From: an uncultured Acidobacteriota bacterium
Lineage (GTDB): Bacteria; Acidobacteriota; UBA6911
Length of the DNA stretch: 64,000 bases
NCBI GenBank assembly: GCA_963843575.1
Contig: CAWJKZ010000018.1
Span: 64,001 to 128,000, forward strand
Direction of reading: 5' to 3'
Shown here: positions 19,333-29,458 of the stretch, piece by piece
Layout: each line of letters opens with the position of its first letter
Position numbering within the stretch: the first letter of the stretch is position 1
The notes under the pieces: model-generated
The model's database searches: none
Seen by the model: the letters and a program-made list of their open reading frames with translations, nothing else
What the model was told of the DNA's origin: nothing
Program-made: the position numbers and the translations under genes

Positions 19333-20904
19333 CTAGCCTCCGGCGCTGCTGCCGCGCAGCTGAAAGCTGAATGAGCCGTCCGGGTTCACGGGCTCGGAGC
19401 AGGCCCAGCGGACAGGCCTGCGGATTCCCCCCTTCGTTTCAATCTCGGCGCGAATGATCATTTTCTGCTCGCTCGCGCCTTTCGGGAGGAGGAACGAAGC
19501 CTGCCTCAGACGGCCCCCATAGGGGTGCCCGGCATCCAGGCCGCCGCCGACTTTGATTTTCCCGTCCGGGCTCTCAACGTATATCCTAAGCACGCCGGGA
19601 ACGCCGGCCACGCCGTCGTTGGCCACCGCCACAATCACTTCGACAGTATCGTAACGTTTTCTTTGCCAGATCCATGATGGGCGAACCCTGTACCCCATTC
19701 TCTGCCGCAGCATGTCGAACGAACGGGGGAATCTCTCGTAATACTGTTTGAGGTTGTCCGCCTCTGTCCACAGTGCCCAGTAATTGGCTCCGAGATCAAG
19801 CACATGGAGTGCCGCCTTTTCGCGATACCTCGCGTCCACTCTGTCCCGGGCAGACCGGGTCGATTGCTGCTCTTCGATCAGGTGATGGCGGTTTCTCCCA
19901 TCCTCCATGAACACTGCCAGCCACGGGGGACGATTTGACAGTTCTTCTATCTGGATCGGTTCGTCGCCGATGATGCTATCCGAGCGCAGCCAGCATCCTG
20001 CGCGCACCGCCATGTCCTGCACTTCGCGGTTGCCGACCTGGTTGTTGTCCGGTTGTGTATTGACCACCAGCGGTGTCTTCTTCCAAGTCTCGAGCTGGAA
20101 CCGGGTCATCTCGACAAACGTCTTCTCCGCCGTCAGGTAATCGGGGAAGGGCTTGGGCAGCTCCAGAGTGTGGCCTTCCCCCCACCACCCATACATCATG
20201 AGATCCATGAACTCCAGAAGCGGGTTCCCGTCATACTCAGCGGCCAATAGCTCGTTTAACTCCCTGAAGGCCTTCTGAAATTCAGGGTGGTGGTACTGGG
20301 GTTCGATGTATTCGATTCCGCCGCGAGAGTGACTCGATCCTGCGGGGAGGGAACCCACCTTGACCACGGGGGCCTTCTCCCTCAGGAAATCGGGAATGGA
20401 AATGTTTTTCGGCTGTATGTTGGGACTGGACATCTGGATCCGGAACCCCACCCTGAGGTTGTGGGCCTTGGCTGCGTCGAAAGTCAGCTTCCAGATCGGA
20501 TGGAGATCGAGCCTGCCCGGAGCCTTCTGCACGTCGCGCCAGTCGCACCGGATATAGAGGAGATCCAGGAAGGGCAATGAGGCCAGCTTCTCGACGTGTT
20601 GCTCGAGGGTTTCTTTCCCCGCTCGTGCAGCCAGTGACGGCCCATTTTCTTCCCAAGTGTAGCCGGTCAATCCCAAACCGTAGTTCTTGACAGGCTGATC
20701 GGAGATCGTGGTGTATTCGATCGTTCGCTCGCCGCCTCCCTGGTCCGTGCCGAAGGGCCCCTGGTTCAGGCGATCGGTCACGCGGGGACCCGGGCCGAAG
20801 TCGTAGCCGTCCCACCTGTGGTCGGGTACGTCGGGACGGCCGCTGCGCGCAGATCCCCAAAATGCCAGACCGGCTCCCGCCTTGATGAAGCTGCGTCTTT
20901 GCAT
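19333..20904 (-). CDS. Tat-exported uncharacterised GH-A-like protein, paralog 2
   Basis: QRRSFIK signal; YIRCDWRDVQ, GWWGEGH, NYWALWTEADNL shared with paralog 1. Confidence 0.75.
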   Translation of the reverse strand: MQRRSFIKAGAGLAFWGSARSGRPDVPDHRWDGYDFGPGPRVTDRLNQGPFGTDQGGGERTIEYTTISDQPVKNYGLGLTGYTWEENGPSLAARAGKETLEQHVEKLASLPFLDLLYIRCDWRDVQKAPGRLDLHPIWKLTFDAAKAHNLRVGFRIQMSSPNIQPKNISIPDFLREKAPVVKVGSLPAGSSHSRGGIEYIEPQYHHPEFQKAFRELNELLAAEYDGNPLLEFMDLMMYGWWGEGHTLELPKPFPDYLTAEKTFVEMTRFQLETWKKTPLVVNTQPDNNQVGNREVQDMAVRAGCWLRSDSIIGDEPIQIEELSNRPPWLAVFMEDGRNRHHLIEEQQSTRSARDRVDARYREKAALHVLDLGANYWALWTEADNLKQYYERFPRSFDMLRQRMGYRVRPSWIWQRKRYDTVEVIVAVANDGVAGVPGVLRIYVESPDGKIKVGGGLDAGHPYGGRLRQASFLLPKGASEQKMIIRAEIETKGGIRRPVRWACSEPVNPDGSFSFQLRGSSAGG

Positions 20905-20953
20905 CGTGTTTCCCTCCCTCGTTCGAATATCACCCGGCGGAGAGCATGCGGGT

Positions 20954-23163
20954 TCACTCATCCGCAAGTTTGCCCCGAAGCACGATGATCGATGCCTTGG
21001 GAAGCTGGTAGGTCGTGTCTACGCCGGCGGCCGTTACGGTCGACTTGGAGGGGGGGCCGTCCGGGTCGGCGTGGCCAGTGCCGCCGCGACGGTTCCCGCC
21101 CCCCTGGGGTGCAGCATCTGTAAGGGCCGGGTCGGGGTGCCACTGGTATTCAGCCGCGCCGAACACCACACGGTCGACCGTGCCTGAGAAGAACACGATT
21201 CCGGGCGCCGACCGGATCGGCGAACGTCACATTCACGGAGTGGGCGTTGTCGCGGTCCTTGTTGACCAGCATCAGGGACCATTGCCCGTCGGGCCGCTCT
21301 ACGGCATAGGCCGTCACCAGGGTGTGCCCGTCCTTGTCCTTCACGTCGCTCGATGCTTTGTAAAGCTTGTGGATGGCATCAACAGGCTGTACCCATTCCT
21401 TGGTGATCACCTGCGTCGCCAGGTACTGCGGCGTGTAGCTGGTGACGCGATTGTTTTCGTCGATCGGCAGGAAGCCGCCGCCGCCTCGGTTCTGCGATGC
21501 CATGTAGTGGAAGTAGTAGGTGCCGCCGGCGCCGGCGGTCATCATGGATCCGATATAGTCGGCGAGCCAGAGGGCCGCCTTGACGGTGCCGGCTCACGTT
21601 GTCGCGCAGGTCGTTGCCCTCGGTCATGAAAAAGGGCACATTGGGCGGCAAGCCGTTATCCTTCCAGGCTTGAATCACGTGGTTGACGTTGTCCGGCTCG
21701 TCATACAGGGAGCTCCAATCGGCGCAGCTCCTGTTGAAGCAGGGATAGTGCTCGAAGGAGAAGAACGTGAAATCCTGCAGGTGGCCGCGGGCCTTGAGGT
21801 AGTCCAGGAACCGGCCCGTGAACGAGACTCTTCCGTTGGCGTCTGCCCAGGAATCGACGTCGGCCGGCGTCCCCTCGTAGGACGGCCCGCCCAAGGGCGC
21901 GTCGGGCACGAGCTTGTGAATGGCCCTGGCGAACTGGATGTACAGGGTGGCATAGTCCTCCGGGAGCACGCGCTGCCCGTCGGCCTCCTCTCCCACTTCG
22001 ATGTGCGAGATCGGATACCCTCGCTTGTACAGGTACGCGATCTCGTTGGCCGCATCCTCCGGTATCGTGTAGAGAAGCGCGACGGGCACCATGGTGGGGA
22101 GACCGCGCGTTACGCCGCAGTTGAAGAAGAAGTCGAGCCCGATTTGGTCCCCTCTTCCGTAGTCCAGGTCGGACGCAGCATGCCACGGGTCGACCGAGGA
22201 GGGCCACGTGATGGTCTGCTGCCTGCTTGGCAGGTGCTTGACGATGTCGGTGAACTGGCCGTCGGCCGACGCGGTCCCGATATAGAGTTCGTTGATGGCG
22301 TATCCCACGCAATTGCGCTTGTCTTGCGAACCATGCGTGTCGCAGGTATTGGACGATTCCGTCATCCAGATGCGCAGGTATTGCAGCGGGATCTTCCAGC
22401 TCACCAGCTTGAGGAGGGCAGTCCCGCCCTTACCATCGTTGATCGCGCCCAACGGAAAGGTCTGCCAGGTCCCCTTGTTGATCCCCTCGTAGAAGGGCTC
22501 CTGTTCGCCCGTCCAGAACTGTACGTAATAGCGTCTGGCGTAAGGGTTGGCCCACGCGATCTTGATGGCGTTGATGTCCACCTTGGCGCCCAGGTCGATC
22601 ATCACCCATTGCGGGTGGAGAGCGTCGTACTCGCCCGTGAAGGCGCTGGTCAGGTAGGGATTGCTCTTCCAGTAGGATCCCAGGTTGCCGTCGGTCAAGC
22701 GCGACCAGCCGTTGCCGTCGCCCAGGGTGGCGCCGCGATGAGGGAGGGGGTATGCCCAGGAGTGACGGATCTGTTCGGGGGTCGGCTCCGCGCTGCCCGT
22801 AAAATAGCCCTCTTGCCTGGCCGCATTGCTCCAGGTGCCGCGCGGATTCCAGTGCCACGCCTCGATCATCAATTCGGTGTTCTGGCGATAGGTCACGGTC
22901 TGCCAGCCTCCGCCCAGAAGGTCCTTGAGGACCGGGTCGGTCAGCATCCTCTCGGTATGCCTCTCGTTCTCCTCCCGGGTAGTGCCGCCTCGCAACCGGT
23001 CAATTCCCCCTCCGAGCGCACGAAAAGGACTGAACGAATTCACCGCGTGGGACGGCGCTGCGTCCACCACGATACTCTGCGCGTTCGCCATTCCGGCCAG
23101 CCAGAGGAAGAGGCTGACACCAAGACTCATTCCGAGCACTCGCCGTCTCCTGACCGCTGACAT
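20954..23163 (-). pseudogene. Exported F5/8 type C (discoidin) domain plus clan GH-A hydrolase, split by two +1 frameshifts (about 21590 and 21196); possibly sequencing error
   Basis: LTDGNLGSYWKS and QWVMIDLG (F5/8C), EVGEEADGQ, FMTEG. The protein continues GTVKAALWLADYIGSMMTAG in the 21150-21545 frame and FFSGTVDR...LPKASIIVLRG in the 20954-21196 frame. Confidence 0.75.
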
Positions 23164-23553
23164 AATCCCTCCTGGATCACCGCGAACTGCCGAACGTGTG
23201 ATGCGCGCCGGGCCGCCTGGGCAGGATTCGTACTCCGGCTCTTGCGTCGACCGGCGACACCGGACCGAGAACAGGATGTATCGCCAGGAGCGGCCGCGCT
23301 GTGGATCTTACTCCCTCGAATGCGGCGTTCGACCGCTGTCCCCGGACTCGGCGATGAACCGCAGCAGGATCGTGCCGAAGCTAGCGCCGGCGGGATGAAA
23401 CTGCAAGCGGTTTGTATGGAAATGAATGCCGCAGTGCGCCGGCGGCGATGTCCAGTCGATCCTGCTTATCTGCCCTGCGGGTGGAGGTGACAATCGTGCC
23501 GCGGAGCGCTCGTATTCGGACAAGGCGTGGTCTCTTCCAGGCATCGGCGCGGA

Positions 23554-24690
23554 TTACAGTCGCAGGATCCGGATTTCCTTGAACTCCAGCCAGCTCCCCG
23601 GACGGTGCGCCTGCAGTTCGATGTGGCCCTCCTCCCGGTTTTCCAGGCCATCGTATTCCAGAACCGTATCGCCGTTCACCCGCACCGTGCATCGGGGTCC
23701 CTCAAGCCGCACCTGCATGGGGAACCACTTTTCGTCTGCGATCCGGGGGTAGATGGACCTCTTGTGGTAATAGAGGGAGCCTGTCGGAAAATGTGCGTCT
23801 TCCACGTTGTGCAACTGGATCTCGTAGTAGCGGGAACCGGACAGCCCTTTGCCCTCGGAGCGGACCAGGATTCCGCCGTTGTGCTCCTTGGGGCCGCGCA
23901 CGAACAGCGACAGCTCGAAGTCGCGGAACTTGTCCCGGGTGGCCAGGTGTCCCCCGCCGCCGGCCCGGATCACGCTGCCGAGGGCCTCAAATCGGGCCGG
24001 GGACTGCTTGGAGCTTTCGGAAACGAACCATTTCTGAAAGTCGCCTTCCGCCGCGTAGAGATTCTCCCAGGACTCCTGCCCCGGCAGTTCGCGGACGCGG
24101 AGGCCGCGGAAACGGATCGGGTAACCGAGCGCGCTGAGCCCGAGATGCCCCCTGCGAAATCGCCGAGCCAGTTCCGGGTGCGAAGCGAGATCCAGGTCCT
24201 GCACCGATTCGTCGTTCACCCAGACTTTCAAGCGCGGCCATTCCATCAGGATTCTCATCGTGTTCCAGGCGCCGTCGCTCTTGACGTTCACCGTCGAGGG
24301 CGCGACGAGCGGGAAGATCGCCCCCATGGAATTGGGCTGTGGGACCTTGTCGCGCTGGTGGAAGATCTTCACGAGCAGGCCGTTCGACGCCGGCCGGCCG
24401 TGACGCGGGGCGTGAAGGTAGACGCCTCCGTCGATCCAACCCCTCACGAAGAACTCGCAGCGGAAATCGAAATCGCCGTACTGCCGCTCCGAACGCAGCC
24501 ATGCTGGGTACTGCGAGGACTCCGACCCGACTATCGCACCCTCGAGGACGTAGAAGGCGGACTCCGGCCCCTCCTCGACACTCCAGCCTTGCAGCGACCG
24601 CCCGTCGAAAAGCTCGACCTCGCCGCCGGCTTGCGCAGCCATTGCAGCCGGGCACGCGGCCGCCACCCCGAGGAATTCACGCCTGTTCAT
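23554..24690 (-). CDS. Tat-exported protein with two DUF1080 domains
   Basis: MNRREFL signal, ELFDGRSLQGW, GGVYLH, HNGGILVR, YEIQL, GHIELQAH, FKEIRI. Confidence 0.88.
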   Translation of the reverse strand: MNRREFLGVAAACPAAMAAQAGGEVELFDGRSLQGWSVEEGPESAFYVLEGAIVGSESSQYPAWLRSERQYGDFDFRCEFFVRGWIDGGVYLHAPRHGRPASNGLLVKIFHQRDKVPQPNSMGAIFPLVAPSTVNVKSDGAWNTMRILMEWPRLKVWVNDESVQDLDLASHPELARRFRRGHLGLSALGYPIRFRGLRVRELPGQESWENLYAAEGDFQKWFVSESSKQSPARFEALGSVIRAGGGGHLATRDKFRDFELSLFVRGPKEHNGGILVRSEGKGLSGSRYYEIQLHNVEDAHFPTGSLYYHKRSIYPRIADEKWFPMQVRLEGPRCTVRVNGDTVLEYDGLENREEGHIELQAHRPGSWLEFKEIRILRL

Positions 24691-24819
24691 CTCATTTTCC
24701 TTTCGCTCGAGTCTTCGTCCCGCACGTCCCAAACCTGCGGCACGGATCCTGCCTTGTGTACCCCGGCCGCTGGCCAAAGTCAATCGTCCGGGCGAAACGC
24801 CAAGGGCGGCTTCTGCCCC

Positions 24820-25053
24820 CTAGCCACGAAGTAATCCCCGGCTCTCCGGCCGGCTCTCGCTGACGAGGATCAGGGGCGGGTCGGCGGGTAGCAGCGCGCC
24901 GCACCAGGCCGCGAACTGGCCGGCCAACCCGACGATGATCGCCCCGTGGATGTGGTCGGCACCGTACTGCGCCGACGGGCGGGCGTCAGCCGCGGGACGG
25001 CCTCTGAAGCCCGGACGCACCTGGGAAAGCGAAAGGCGTGGTAAGACCGTCAT
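24820..25053 (-). pseudogene. Fragment of a rhodanese-like domain (MBL-rhodanese fusion type)
   Basis: DARPSAQYGADHIHGAIIVGLAGQFAAWCGALLPADPPLILV matches the D-x-R...GHIPGS...GQFAxWxG rhodanese pattern, but the ORF is only 77 aa. Confidence 0.5.
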
Positions 25054-26720
25054 GGGGCGGCCCGGTAGGTTTCCTTCCCATTCACGACGGTGAGGAGCAC
25101 GCGTGCTTTCAGGATGCGCTCCGGCGGCGGCGCGAGGATGTCATCCGAGAGGACCACGAAATCCGCTGCCTTGCCCGCCTCGAGCCTGCCCTTGAACGCT
25201 TCATCGAATGAGGCGTACGCGGCGTCGCGCGTGAAGTGGCGCAACGCCGCCTCCGCGGAAATGCGACCCTGCGGTTCCCACCCTCCTGCCGGACTCCCCT
25301 GGGGCGTCATGCGGGTCACGGCGGCATAGATCCCTTTCAAGACGTCGAACGAGAAGACCGGCCAGTCGCTCCCGAAGGCCTGGACGGCACCCGCATCGTC
25401 GAAGAGCCTGAAGGAGTCCGCGACAGCGGCCCTGGCGGGGCCCAGCACCCGGGCGAAGTTCTCCAGCGTGGTCTGGTCGGGGTTGGCGAATATGGCCTGC
25501 GTCGAGGCCACGACCCCCAGGGCCTGGAACCGGGGAAGGTCCGCCCTGTCGGGTACTTCGATGTGCTCCAGCCGGTGGCGCCGGCCCGAGGTCCTGTTGA
25601 GCTTCGCCGCGTTTTCAAAGGCGTCGAGGGAAACGCGGATCGCGAGGTCGCCGATGGCGTGCAACATGATCTGAAACCCCTCGCGGTCGTAGATTGCGAC
25701 GGCGCGGTTCAGTTCCGCGGGCGACCACAACAGGAGCCCCTTGCCGCCGGTCGTGTACGGCTCGACCATGGCTGCCGTCTTCGCGTCGACGGTCCCGTCC
25801 ACCAGCCCTTTTACGGGGCCGAAGCGGAAGAAGCGACCGGAGTGTTCCGACACGAGCTGCTTGTAGCGCGCCAGGTGTTCCGGCGAAGGGTTCTTGACCA
25901 TCATGAGGGCCGAGTAGAAGCGTATCTTCGGGTCGCCCTCCCGCAGCCACCGCTCGTGGACCGGCAGGTCCTCGAGGTCGAAACCGGCATTTTGGACCGA
26001 GGTCAGGCCGCAGGACGCCGCGAGGTCCACGGCCCTCCTGAGCGCGTCGTATTTCTGCCCGGCGGCAGGGGGCGGCACCAGTCTTTCCACCAGGTTCATG
26101 GCCCCTTCCTTGAGCAGGCCCGTCGGCTCGCCGCTGGTGTCCCGTTCGATGACGCCGCCTGGCGGATCCTGTGCCGTCCTGGTAATGCCGGCTGCCGCGA
26201 GCGCCCGGGAGTTGGCCAACACCGTGTGCCCGTCGCGGTCCGTCATCAGCGCCGGCCGATCGGACACGGTGGCGTCGAGAAGCTTACGATGAGGCACCGC
26301 TCCAGGGAAGTCGCTGAAAGCCCAGCCTCGCCCCACGATCCATATGGCGTCCGGGTGATTGCGCGCATAGGCGGCGACGCGCCTCTGAATTTCGCCGACG
26401 TTGCCGGCATCCACGAGGTCGACCTTGTCGAGGCTGAGCGCGCCTTCCATGAAATGGAGGTGGGCGTCGATGAAACCCGGAGCGACGAAACGACCTTTCA
26501 GGTCGACGATCTGCGTGCGGCGGCCGGAGAGTTTCCTGATCTCGTCGTTGGTCCCCGCCGCGAGGATGCTGGGACCTCTCGTCGCAATCGCCTCGGCTCG
26601 CGGGCGGCCGTCCACCCCGGTCCAGATGTTCCCGTTGATGTAGATCCGGTCCGCGACGTCCGCAGCCGGGGCAGAGACCCGGAGGAGGCACGCGATCAGA
26701 ATCAGTGACATGTGTCTCAT
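25050..26720 (-). CDS. Exported amidohydrolase family 3 (YtcJ-like)
   Basis: Signal peptide, PGFIDAHLH, GEPTGLLKE, HAIGD, HRLEH, FGSDWP, GKAADFVVL. Confidence 0.92.
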   Translation of the reverse strand: MRHMSLILIACLLRVSAPAADVADRIYINGNIWTGVDGRPRAEAIATRGPSILAAGTNDEIRKLSGRRTQIVDLKGRFVAPGFIDAHLHFMEGALSLDKVDLVDAGNVGEIQRRVAAYARNHPDAIWIVGRGWAFSDFPGAVPHRKLLDATVSDRPALMTDRDGHTVLANSRALAAAGITRTAQDPPGGVIERDTSGEPTGLLKEGAMNLVERLVPPPAAGQKYDALRRAVDLAASCGLTSVQNAGFDLEDLPVHERWLREGDPKIRFYSALMMVKNPSPEHLARYKQLVSEHSGRFFRFGPVKGLVDGTVDAKTAAMVEPYTTGGKGLLLWSPAELNRAVAIYDREGFQIMLHAIGDLAIRVSLDAFENAAKLNRTSGRRHRLEHIEVPDRADLPRFQALGVVASTQAIFANPDQTTLENFARVLGPARAAVADSFRLFDDAGAVQAFGSDWPVFSFDVLKGIYAAVTRMTPQGSPAGGWEPQGRISAEAALRHFTRDAAYASFDEAFKGRLEAGKAADFVVLSDDILAPPPERILKARVLLTVVNGKETYRAAP

Positions 26721-26845
26721 CTGTGGCTCCCCTGTTTGGATGATAGGTTATCATGCCGACGCTTACCCGATGCCGCGACGGCCGCGGGAGAAAGCACAAA
26801 AGGCTTACGGCATCCTGGCCGCGGTCTCGCTCGCGCTTGGCGCAA

Positions 26846-26933
26846 GCAGATTCCGCGGATCCAACGGATTCACGCGGATCGACCGCGGCCTGTCGCCAGG
26901 TCGATCCGTGGGGATCCGCGCGCATCCGCGTCC
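26846..26933. repeat. CGGAT hairpin repeat core copy
   Basis: gcagattccgcggatccaacggattcacgcggatcgaccgcggcctgtcgccaggtcgatccgtggggatccgcgcgcatccgcgtcc is nearly identical to the 14.9 kb copy. Confidence 0.85.
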
Positions 26934-27134
26934 AAGCAAGCAACGATAGGAGATTGCTATTAGCGGAGCCGTCAGCCCTCCGGGGCGCGGCGGCTGACGG
27001 GCATCTGCGGCGTTGCCGCTCCTCGACGATGTCACCACAAAAAGGGGTGCCGGGACGGGGGACTTCGCAAGCCGGCCACGGAACACGAGATCTTCAGCGT
27101 CTTCCGTGGCTGGCTTTTTTCGGCTACTCACGGT

Positions 27135-27908
27135 CTACATCGCGAATTCATCTTTGAACCGCATGTCCTTGGGGTTCATCTTGATGAAGATGTTGTATTT
27201 CTGCTTCTGACCACGGATTTCCGGAGTGAATTCGCTTCTGAGGGTTATCGATTTTTCCGACCCGGTGAACATCGGCTCCCCGCTGCTGTCGAAACGGGGG
27301 AACACGAACACGGGATTGCTGCGGCTCTGGTCGGGTGGCAGGAAGTTCGTCAGTGAGATGTTTTCCCTTTTTCCCCCCTCGATGTACGTCGAGGTGCGGA
27401 AGTCGGCCAGGGTCGCGTGCATGAAGTAGCTGTGGATGTCGTGCACCGACGCGGATCCCGGCGGCACCGTACGGTACGAGATCTGGATCACGATGTCCTT
27501 GACCGCCGGCGCATTGACGTTGGCCAGTACCTGGTCGCGCACGGTTGCGTCGGACGGCTTCGCCAGGAGCTGGAGCTGCCCGAAAGCCATGCGGACTGGC
27601 CGGGCCGCGAGGAGCCGGAACTCGAAGAGAATCATGTTCGACGACTCGCCAAAGGAGGGTTGCGACGAGGCACGCTGCGCGGCCAACCCGCCCTCGGGGA
27701 AGTTCTGCGCCGAGCCCCGCGCATTCATGAGCGGCGGCAGGTCCCCAAAGGCGTTGGAATACGTCCAGGGGGACTTCGTCAGCAGTTCCTTGCACTCCTT
27801 CTCGCTCCAGGAACTGAATTCCTTGGTATCCCAGAACTTGGCCGCATACAAAGGGACGGCCACACCCAGCAGAACCAGAAACACTGTCTTCAGAGCTGAA
27901 GGCCTCAT
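27135..27908 (-). CDS. Exported hypothetical protein, 257 aa
   Basis: GGGAG RBS, signal peptide, FWDTKEFSSWSEKEC...LLTKSPW N-terminus; no function recognised. Confidence 0.75.
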   Translation of the reverse strand: MRPSALKTVFLVLLGVAVPLYAAKFWDTKEFSSWSEKECKELLTKSPWTYSNAFGDLPPLMNARGSAQNFPEGGLAAQRASSQPSFGESSNMILFEFRLLAARPVRMAFGQLQLLAKPSDATVRDQVLANVNAPAVKDIVIQISYRTVPPGSASVHDIHSYFMHATLADFRTSTYIEGGKRENISLTNFLPPDQSRSNPVFVFPRFDSSGEPMFTGSEKSITLRSEFTPEIRGQKQKYNIFIKMNPKDMRFKDEFAM

Positions 27909-28173
27909 AATCTACTCCCAGTCGCTTTGAAAAATGCAGACGCGTGAACGACAATATTACACCCGATTCGTGCCCGGAGGCTCAGCGATGAAAGCGGGCG
28001 GGAGCGGCCCGCACCTGATCCACGGGGCCGCGTCGAGCCGCCGCGGTCCGCCGCGGCTTCGGAGGGTCCATGCGTTCTGTTGAAGCGCCAGGCATGCTGT
28101 TTGGTGTAGGATCGCGGTCACGAGGGCCTGGATTACGACTGGATTGGCGCGAAGTCAGACCGAGAGGTGAATA

Positions 28174-29397
28174 TTGCAGACTATCGCCGAAAAACCCCTG
28201 CTTACCCCGACAAGTCCTGGCACGACCGGAGCGCTCCCCCGAAACACGGCGGTGGACGCATACCGCGGTTTCGTGATGTTCCTGATGATGGCAGAAGTGT
28301 TGCGACTGGCGCAGGTGGCGCGCGGCTTTGAAGGGAACTGGTTCTGGCAATTCCTCGCGTTCAACCAGAGCCACGTGCCGTGGGCCGGCTGCTCCCTGCA
28401 CGACACCATCCAGCCGTCCTTCTCGTTCCTGGTCGGCGTGGCGCTGCCGTATTCGATCGCAAGCCGGCTCGCGAAGGGCTCTACCTTCGGCCGGATGTTG
28501 TTTCACACGCTCTGGCGCTCGCTCCTGCTCGTTGCCCTCGGCATTTTCCTGAGGTCCCAGCGCGGCCCGATCACGAACTTCACGTTCGAAGATACGCTCA
28601 CCCAGATCGGGTTGGGCTACACTTTCCTGTTTCTGCTCGGTTTCGTGCGGGCGCGCTGGCAATGGGTCGCGCTGACTGTGATTCTGACAGGCTACTGGCT
28701 GGCGTGGGCTGTGTACCCGCTGCCGGGCCCCGGTTTTGACTACCAGACCGTGGGTGTGCCGCCGGACTGGACGCACAATTACCCCGGGCTGGCGGCGCAC
28801 TGGAACAAGAACGCGAACCTGGGACTTGCGTTCGACCAGTGGTTCCTGAACCTTTTCCCCCGGACCAGGCCTTTCGTCTTCAACGGCGGTGGATACCTGA
28901 CCCTCAGCTTCATCCCGACATTGGGCACCATGATCCTCGGCCTGGTCGCGGGTCGCTGGCTGCGCGCGGCGGCGCCCCGGATGCCCTTCAGGAACCTGCT
29001 CGTCGCGGCAGGGGCGGGGCTGGCGGCGGGCGGGCTCCTGCACTTTGCCGGTCTCTGCCCCGTCGTCAAGCGCATCTGGACACCATCGTGGACGCTGTTC
29101 AGCGGCGGCATCTGCTTCTTGTTCCTCGCCGCCTTCTGCTGGGTCATCGAGGTCAAGAAGTACAAGAAGTGGGCGTTTCCCCTCATCGTGATCGGGATGA
29201 ACTCGATTGCCGCGTATTTCCTGGCGGACTATTTCGGCCGCCAGATTTCCGATGCTTTCCGCATCCACCTCGGGGCCGCCCCGTTCCAGATCTTCGGGGC
29301 CCGGCTCGAACTCCTGACGCGCGGTGCCGTGCAGCTCGGGGTCTATTGGTCGATCCTGCTCTGGATGTACCGGCGAAAGATTTTCCTGCGCATCTGA
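28174..29397 (+). CDS. Membrane acyltransferase, HGSNAT/NagX-like (DUF5009)
   Basis: GAGAGG RBS with TTG start, VDAYRG, HDTIQPSFSFLVG, VKRIWTPSW, IGMNSI, multiple TM helices. Confidence 0.85.
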   Translation: MQTIAEKPLLTPTSPGTTGALPRNTAVDAYRGFVMFLMMAEVLRLAQVARGFEGNWFWQFLAFNQSHVPWAGCSLHDTIQPSFSFLVGVALPYSIASRLAKGSTFGRMLFHTLWRSLLLVALGIFLRSQRGPITNFTFEDTLTQIGLGYTFLFLLGFVRARWQWVALTVILTGYWLAWAVYPLPGPGFDYQTVGVPPDWTHNYPGLAAHWNKNANLGLAFDQWFLNLFPRTRPFVFNGGGYLTLSFIPTLGTMILGLVAGRWLRAAAPRMPFRNLLVAAGAGLAAGGLLHFAGLCPVVKRIWTPSWTLFSGGICFLFLAAFCWVIEVKKYKKWAFPLIVIGMNSIAAYFLADYFGRQISDAFRIHLGAAPFQIFGARLELLTRGAVQLGVYWSILLWMYRRKIFLRI

Positions 29398-29458
29398 CCA
29401 GCCGAAGAGGCAAGGCTCGAGGAACTCGAAGAATGTCGAAGCAAGAGGAGACAGGGTT

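Noticed and set aside
21580-21600. Programmed frameshift or selenocysteine/stop readthrough at the gene breaks
   Set aside because: No slippery heptamer or SECIS seen; the breaks need a frame change, not readthrough, and all are +1.
26969-27000. Hairpin ccgtcagcc...ggctgacgg as an ncRNA
   Set aside because: A short stem with no further structure or U tract; insufficient evidence.
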